64,000 nt of DNA, taken from positions 64,001 to 128,000 of the IMG/VR virus record IMGVR_UViG_3300006329_000001; one strand, written 5' to 3'. Every line of letters begins with the position of its first letter. Positions within the stretch are counted from its first letter, which is position 1. Below the pieces are notes generated by a model. The model worked only from the letters and a program-made list of their open reading frames with translations, was not told the DNA's origin and did not search any database. The stretch is from a virus. The position numbers and the translations under genes were made by a program. This document shows, piece by piece, positions 59,266 to 64,000 of the stretch.

Positions 59266-59767
59266 TCATTGCAATCCTAATACCCTGTGTAGGTGATGAT
59301 GAAGCATGGATCTCTGATCCACCGAATACTATCATCTTACCTTTAAGTGGTGACTCTCTGTGAATAATTTTATGATCCTTATCAAAGAAAAATGTATCAC
59401 CCTCTGCTTCATTGACATAATATAATGCAGTAGTGTGATCGAAATCATAATCTGTATGTGGTGCATGATGTAGCATACCATCAGGATAACATAGTCCTAA
59501 TCGTACACGATATATGTCCTCCACTCTTGCATCACATTTCTCTGCAATGCAATATAATGCACTCTCAAATAATCCTGTCTGTTCACTAACAGGTTGATAC
59601 TCATCTATTAATTGATGAGAGAATGACTGTGCCTTGATACCATCATGACTGTCTGCAACTTGATATGTAGTATCATCTAACCAATACCATGGAAATGTAG
59701 GGTTACGACAAATACTGTCCAGTTGATTAACTATAGGTTCTGGTAACGTATTAAAAACGGATTTCAT
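59237..59767 (-). CDS. Fe(II)/2OG oxygenase (HxD type)
   Basis: PHTD, LYYVNEAEGDTFFF, HASSSP and RIAMNVNF motifs; paralog of the 57884 gene. Start likely MKSVF. Confidence 0.8.
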   Translation of the reverse strand: MKSVFNTLPEPIVNQLDSICRNPTFPWYWLDDTTYQVADSHDGIKAQSFSHQLIDEYQPVSEQTGLFESALYCIAEKCDARVEDIYRVRLGLCYPDGMLHHAPHTDYDFDHTTALYYVNEAEGDTFFFDKDHKIIHRESPLKGKMIVFGGSEIHASSSPTQGIRIAMNVNFKLRIS

Positions 59768-60467
59768 ACTGTCTCCTATCACTTGGTACATCACGAGGAT
59801 ATGCACATGGTATGCTCATACTTAATCTCTTACCACCTGGAAATGGTTTATGGTATGTCCTCGCAGGGAAATACATTACATCACCTGCTTCTAGTGTAAC
59901 GTCAAGATCAACTGTTAGGTTATGTCCTTCATTATCAGGACTATATGGGTTGTCATCCATCTTAATTAATGCACTACACCTCTCTTTATATACTTGCCAG
60001 TGTGTTTCTCCTTCTAACTGACATATAAAATTGGGTGGTAAATCCCAGTGTGCACCAAAGGATACACCATTTGGTTTAGCATTACCAAATATATGTGCAT
60101 CACAATTACAATCATATCTGTCCTCTATATTTTCTAATAGATTATCTACTGCTGCATTAAAATGTCCATACTGTTCTATAGTAAATGTTAACCCCTCCTC
60201 AATACCTTGGAACAGTTCTTCCTTAATAGGAAACTTATCTTCATACCATACCTCAAACTTCTCAGTAAGGTCTAGTCTCCTACCATCAGTATTGAGCAAG
60301 CAACATCTATAATGCCATGGGTTATTCATGCACTTGGTTACATCATCCCATGTACAATACTGTTCGGGATTCTTTAATGCACCTTTCCAGACTCTTGGTC
60401 TATCATCTGTCTGGAATATATTTGGATTTAGAAATGGTAAATTAAGAACTTCCATAGTCTCCTTCAC
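59751..60467 (-). CDS. JmjC/cupin-4 (RoxA-like) Fe(II)/2OG oxygenase
   Basis: SFGAHWD...FICQLEGETHWQVY and LEAGDVMYFPARTYHK...RLSMSI motifs; clear paralog of the 58567 gene. Confidence 0.8.
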   Translation of the reverse strand: MKETMEVLNLPFLNPNIFQTDDRPRVWKGALKNPEQYCTWDDVTKCMNNPWHYRCCLLNTDGRRLDLTEKFEVWYEDKFPIKEELFQGIEEGLTFTIEQYGHFNAAVDNLLENIEDRYDCNCDAHIFGNAKPNGVSFGAHWDLPPNFICQLEGETHWQVYKERCSALIKMDDNPYSPDNEGHNLTVDLDVTLEAGDVMYFPARTYHKPFPGGKRLSMSIPCAYPRDVPSDRRQYEIRF

Positions 60468-61080
60468 TTGGGTCTAGTGGGAACCCACTAAAATTTATAC
60501 TAATAGCAATGCGTTCATCTTTGCCATTTGGTTGTGTCTCATGATATAACCATGATGGGAATATAACATAATCATATGATTTTGCTTTATATGTATAATG
60601 TTTCTTATCGTTAATAAAACTAGATTCTAGAGGTGACATACCCCAAATAGTTTCTAGTGGATCACGAAATAATAAATGACCATAGTCAGGGTTCTTCTTA
60701 AGATAATATACACATGATACATGTGACTTACCTCTACCTGCTGAGTGATTATGCTCTGATGTAGTATCTCCTTCGAAATGCTGATTCGACCACATACTGT
60801 CAATATACATGTGGAAGTCTCTGCGATAATCAAGAGTATTATCCCAGTAATCATGTACTTCATCTAACATAGGCATGGTTAACCAATCAAATGTAGGTGA
60901 TTGATACAATTCCATTCCTTGTTTTAGTTCACCAGTTGATTTACCTGATTCACCTGCCCATACACCACGATTAGCAACTGACCATGCTTCATCTAAGAAT
61001 GATAGTGATGCTGTCAGTTGTTCATCAGTTGGTACTATCGTTCCCGTCACTACGGGTACCGAGAATAGTTGTTCTATCAT
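60442..61080 (-). CDS. Fe(II)/2OG oxygenase, TIGR02466-like
   Basis: MWSN, EHNH, SCVYYL, VIFPSWLYHET and RIAISINF motifs. Confidence 0.82.
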   Translation of the reverse strand: MIEQLFSVPVVTGTIVPTDEQLTASLSFLDEAWSVANRGVWAGESGKSTGELKQGMELYQSPTFDWLTMPMLDEVHDYWDNTLDYRRDFHMYIDSMWSNQHFEGDTTSEHNHSAGRGKSHVSCVYYLKKNPDYGHLLFRDPLETIWGMSPLESSFINDKKHYTYKAKSYDYVIFPSWLYHETQPNGKDERIAISINFSGFPLDPSEGDYGSS

Positions 61081-61741
61081 GACTTTTAATAATATCAGAC
61101 ATATCTCTTTTGTTCCTGTTCGGAATCAAATTAAATGAGATACTAATACGATCTTCATCAGTATGGTTCTCTCTCACACCATGAGATACCCATGATGGAA
61201 ATAGAACTAATCGACCTTCTTTTGGTGGATAAGACATAGTTGCATGAGTATGTGGTGCTTCTGCCTTACTCAAATCCTCTGCTAATCCGAGAGAATGAAC
61301 TACATATCCCTCCATAGGATTCTTATGGAATGTGATACTACCACAATCCCCTTCCTTAGGAGTCTTGACATAAAATGCACCAGACATTATAGAACCTGGA
61401 TGCACATGTACCTCATTGTATCCTCCCTTATTATTAATATTAATCCATACGTTAGCAAATTCCAACGTAGTAGCACATGACTCAAATGAATCAAATGCTT
61501 TATTACCCCAGTGTTTAATTTGTCTGCATAAATTAGCAAACTCATCATCCTCTGGTTCTTGCACTAATTCCTCACCAAAAAAGTCAGGGGACTGATAATT
61601 CAGTATTCCCCTGTTACTTCTTTCTTTTGTAGGCATACCCTCAGCAATACCATAACATATTTCTTGCATTGCTGCTACATCAATATCTAAATCCAACCAC
61701 CAAATAGGAGTGGGGAAAATATAATCAAGATTGAGATCCAT
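61025..61741 (-). CDS. Fe(II)/2OG oxygenase, TIGR02466-like
   Basis: WININ...VHVHPGSIMSGAFYV, GRLVLFPSWVSHGV and RISISFN motifs. Confidence 0.88.
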   Translation of the reverse strand: MDLNLDYIFPTPIWWLDLDIDVAAMQEICYGIAEGMPTKERSNRGILNYQSPDFFGEELVQEPEDDEFANLCRQIKHWGNKAFDSFESCATTLEFANVWININNKGGYNEVHVHPGSIMSGAFYVKTPKEGDCGSITFHKNPMEGYVVHSLGLAEDLSKAEAPHTHATMSYPPKEGRLVLFPSWVSHGVRENHTDEDRISISFNLIPNRNKRDMSDIIKSHDRTTILGTRSDGNDSTN

Positions 61742-62298
61742 TAGGTCAACTTGTTAAGATCGTCTCTTACTTCTCCTTGCCAATCTGATAATTTACTATA
61801 GTCTTTCTTCTTAGTTGCACTATCTGAGTACTTAGAGGAAGTTGCTACCTTGATATTACTTCTCTCCTTCGCCATTTCAGATTCTAACCATGGTTGCTCA
61901 GGTTCTTTAAGTACAAACTTACGATACATGTTGATAGTCTCAAGACCACCTTCGATCTTAACCAAATCATCCCTCATTTCATTGAGTTCAGTGAAATTGA
62001 TTCTAGTCTCAGGTCTATCGAATGACATGGATGTCATACCTTCTTGCATCTCTTGATACTTAAGGAACATTTCTCTATGCTGATAGATAAGATTCTTCCA
62101 TAAGTCATCAAGTGTTTGCACTGCTTCATATGCAGTTTTTACTTCTTCTATTACCTCAGGGGGCAATTCGGGCAATCCTAGGTCTTCTAAATCCTGATTT
62201 ATATTTTCTGGATCGAGATTAGTTGGTGCACCACTGGGGTTAATACCATCTACCTCAGCATCCTCAAGGTTAGTTACCTTTTTTACATCTTCTGACAT
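61741..62298 (-). CDS. Hypothetical acidic/helical protein
   Basis: 185-aa ORF coupled to both neighbours, with an AAGGAG RBS. Confidence 0.6.
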   Translation of the reverse strand: MSEDVKKVTNLEDAEVDGINPSGAPTNLDPENINQDLEDLGLPELPPEVIEEVKTAYEAVQTLDDLWKNLIYQHREMFLKYQEMQEGMTSMSFDRPETRINFTELNEMRDDLVKIEGGLETINMYRKFVLKEPEQPWLESEMAKERSNIKVATSSKYSDSATKKKDYSKLSDWQGEVRDDLNKLT

Positions 62299-62299
62299 T

Positions 62300-63880
62300 T
62301 TACTCCTTATAAATGGTCTGGTTTAAAAACTCGTAAGACGAGGGTAAAGTCTCACAATATTCTAGCATGTGTTGGTGCCACTCGTCAATGATCTTCTCTG
62401 CGTTGGTGAGTGCTTGCTCATCCTCCTCAGGAATTATCTCATTGCACATCCTTGATAAAGGTAGTGTCACTTTATTTATAGGATTAAATCCCATACCTGC
62501 TGCACAATATCTGGGTCCATCATTATACTCTATGCTACCAAGATTTGTTAAGAAATCAAAGTTTATGTACTTATGTGACCCATAACGCATGAATAGGTTG
62601 TCAGTACCACAGAAATCATAGTCCACCACCTCTGATGCTGTCCTCCAGAAATCTGTCTTACGTTCAGAGAAAGCATAGTGAGCAGCAACGAAGTTCTTAT
62701 GTCCTTCTATCTCATGGTCTGCTATCTGATTAATCATTTCCTTTTCTACCTTAGGAATGAACCCCCTACGTCCTGATAGTGCATTACATAATCTAATCAC
62801 TTGTTCATGTGTAACCAACAGACCAGTGGACTCTAATGGTTCTACAAAACAATTAGATAAACCAACAGCAATAACATTACCAACAAATGATTTCTTATGC
62901 TTACCCATCTTAAATGGGATAGTTCTATATGATACCTGATCTGCTCTATACTTTCCTCTTGTCTTTACCAAATAATTATGCAACTCTACTTGTGCTTCAT
63001 CTTCTGATATAAAATTACTAGAGTAAACATATCCTAGTCCACCACGTTCCCACAATGGTACATCCCACACCCATCCATTATCTAATGCTGTACAGTTGGT
63101 TGTATTAGTAACTTCTTTCTCAGGATTTTCATGTGGTACTGATATTGATATTGCTTTATCATTTAATAGGCAACCTCCATCATTATAATGGAATGACTCA
63201 AAGGGTACATCCATTGCTTCTCCTAATAGCAATGACTTAAACCCACTGCAATCTACAAATAGATCAGCACTTAATGTCTTACCATTATATACTACACAAT
63301 CAATATCACCATTCTCTTTTTTAATTACTCCCGTTACTGTACCCGTAATATGTTTTACTCTCTTACATACATTATTCTTTAACCACTGTCCAAACTTAAT
63401 AGCATCTATATGATATGCAGTATCAACCCATGGTTTCCAATAGGTAGTATCATATGTGAGTTTATTATATTTGGTGAAGTGTGCTACTGGATTAAATGTA
63501 GTAGCAAATGTATCGTTAGTATATTTTCCTGGTTTAGTTGCATTAAGTACGAACCATGCCATCCATGGAACTTTACTTTCCATCTCATCTGGTGATCCAA
63601 AGGGATATAACCAACTCTCTCCTTTCTTCCAAAAGTCATTAAAACTAATAGCAGTTTTATAGGTTGCACCTATATCTTTCATCCAATCAGAATCTTTGAG
63701 TCCTAATAATGATATAAATCTACGAATCTGTTGTAGTGATGACTCACCCACACCTATAACACCCTGATTTGGATCCTCAATTAATGTGACGTTAACATGA
63801 GGGCATAGCACATCCAATGCTGCAGCAGTCATCCAACCACTACTACCACCACCAACAATAACTATGTCCTTAACTTGCAT
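62300..63880 (-). CDS. Flavin-dependent (tryptophan-halogenase/PrnA family) halogenase
   Basis: IVGGGSSG (FAD-binding), IGVGES, ATYKTAI (catalytic Lys region), DLFVDCSGF, GWVWDVPL (WxWxIP-like) and FVEPLESTG motifs. Confidence 0.9.
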   Translation of the reverse strand: MQVKDIVIVGGGSSGWMTAAALDVLCPHVNVTLIEDPNQGVIGVGESSLQQIRRFISLLGLKDSDWMKDIGATYKTAISFNDFWKKGESWLYPFGSPDEMESKVPWMAWFVLNATKPGKYTNDTFATTFNPVAHFTKYNKLTYDTTYWKPWVDTAYHIDAIKFGQWLKNNVCKRVKHITGTVTGVIKKENGDIDCVVYNGKTLSADLFVDCSGFKSLLLGEAMDVPFESFHYNDGGCLLNDKAISISVPHENPEKEVTNTTNCTALDNGWVWDVPLWERGGLGYVYSSNFISEDEAQVELHNYLVKTRGKYRADQVSYRTIPFKMGKHKKSFVGNVIAVGLSNCFVEPLESTGLLVTHEQVIRLCNALSGRRGFIPKVEKEMINQIADHEIEGHKNFVAAHYAFSERKTDFWRTASEVVDYDFCGTDNLFMRYGSHKYINFDFLTNLGSIEYNDGPRYCAAGMGFNPINKVTLPLSRMCNEIIPEEDEQALTNAEKIIDEWHQHMLEYCETLPSSYEFLNQTIYKE

Positions 63881-64000
63881 AAATCTTTCTTAACGTATAA
63901 TCGTATGACGATTCCATATCCTTTGTCCAATCATACATGGTCTTCCTCCATTCGTCAAATGTCCTATCTGCTTCATTTAGATAGAACTCATCATAATCCT
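63870..64000 (-). CDS. 3' end of a probable second halogenase paralog (partial)
   Basis: Hand translation DYDEFYLNEADRTFDEWRKTMYDWTKDMESSYDYTLRKIYAS* aligns with the adjacent halogenase C-terminus EEDEQALTNAEKIIDEWHQHMLEYCETLPSSYEFLNQTIYKE. Confidence 0.65.
   Translation of the reverse strand, partial: DYDEFYLNEADRTFDEWRKTMYDWTKDMESSYDYTLRKIYAS

Noticed and set aside
58567-60467. JmjC genes as histone-demethylase-like 'erasers' partnering the SET gene
   Set aside because: Their motifs fit the cupin-4/RoxA hydroxylase type, and they lie more than 20 kb away in a different expression module, so nothing links them to SET.

Overview
A 64-kb, AT-rich segment of a large T4-like cyanomyovirus (Kyanoviridae-like; host probably marine Prochlorococcus or Synechococcus). 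Essentially all real genes are on the minus strand. Reading right to left, there are five regions. (1) 51.7-64 kb: an accessory island with two tandem flavin-dependent halogenases (one partial), ten Fe(II)/2OG oxygenases including two JmjC/cupin-4 types, an SF2 helicase and a PD-(D/E)XK-like nuclease. (2) 44.5-51.7 kb: an early region of small ORFs driven by repeated promoter/leader cassettes. (3) 44.3-45.6 kb, at the left edge of the early region: an AT-rich tract with paired DnaA boxes and a consensus sigma70 promoter, a candidate origin or DnaA-titration site. (4) 42-44.3 kb: host-like genes (ndhS, nfu/NifU-C), NlpC/P60, an AbrB-like gene and an eleventh 2OG oxygenase. (5) 0-42 kb: the late baseplate module, containing a 1254-aa virion protein, PAAR-like, SET, gp25, gp6, an 8576-aa gp7-like giant, a YHYH protein, gp9/10-like, gp8 and VrlC-like genes, with NATAAATA late promoters. 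The standout observation is that the giant gp7-like protein carries 6-7 repeats that resemble phycobiliprotein (allophycocyanin/phycocyanin) domains, including the chromophore Cys-x-Arg-Asp motif. These are interleaved with about 18 nested His/Cys-containing YPR repeats, and the nearby gp9-like protein ends in a cupredoxin-like domain with an intact type-1 copper ligand set. Together these suggest a possible pigment- and metal-bearing (light- or redox-responsive) virion. All family assignments come from motif recognition by eye; no database searches were run.
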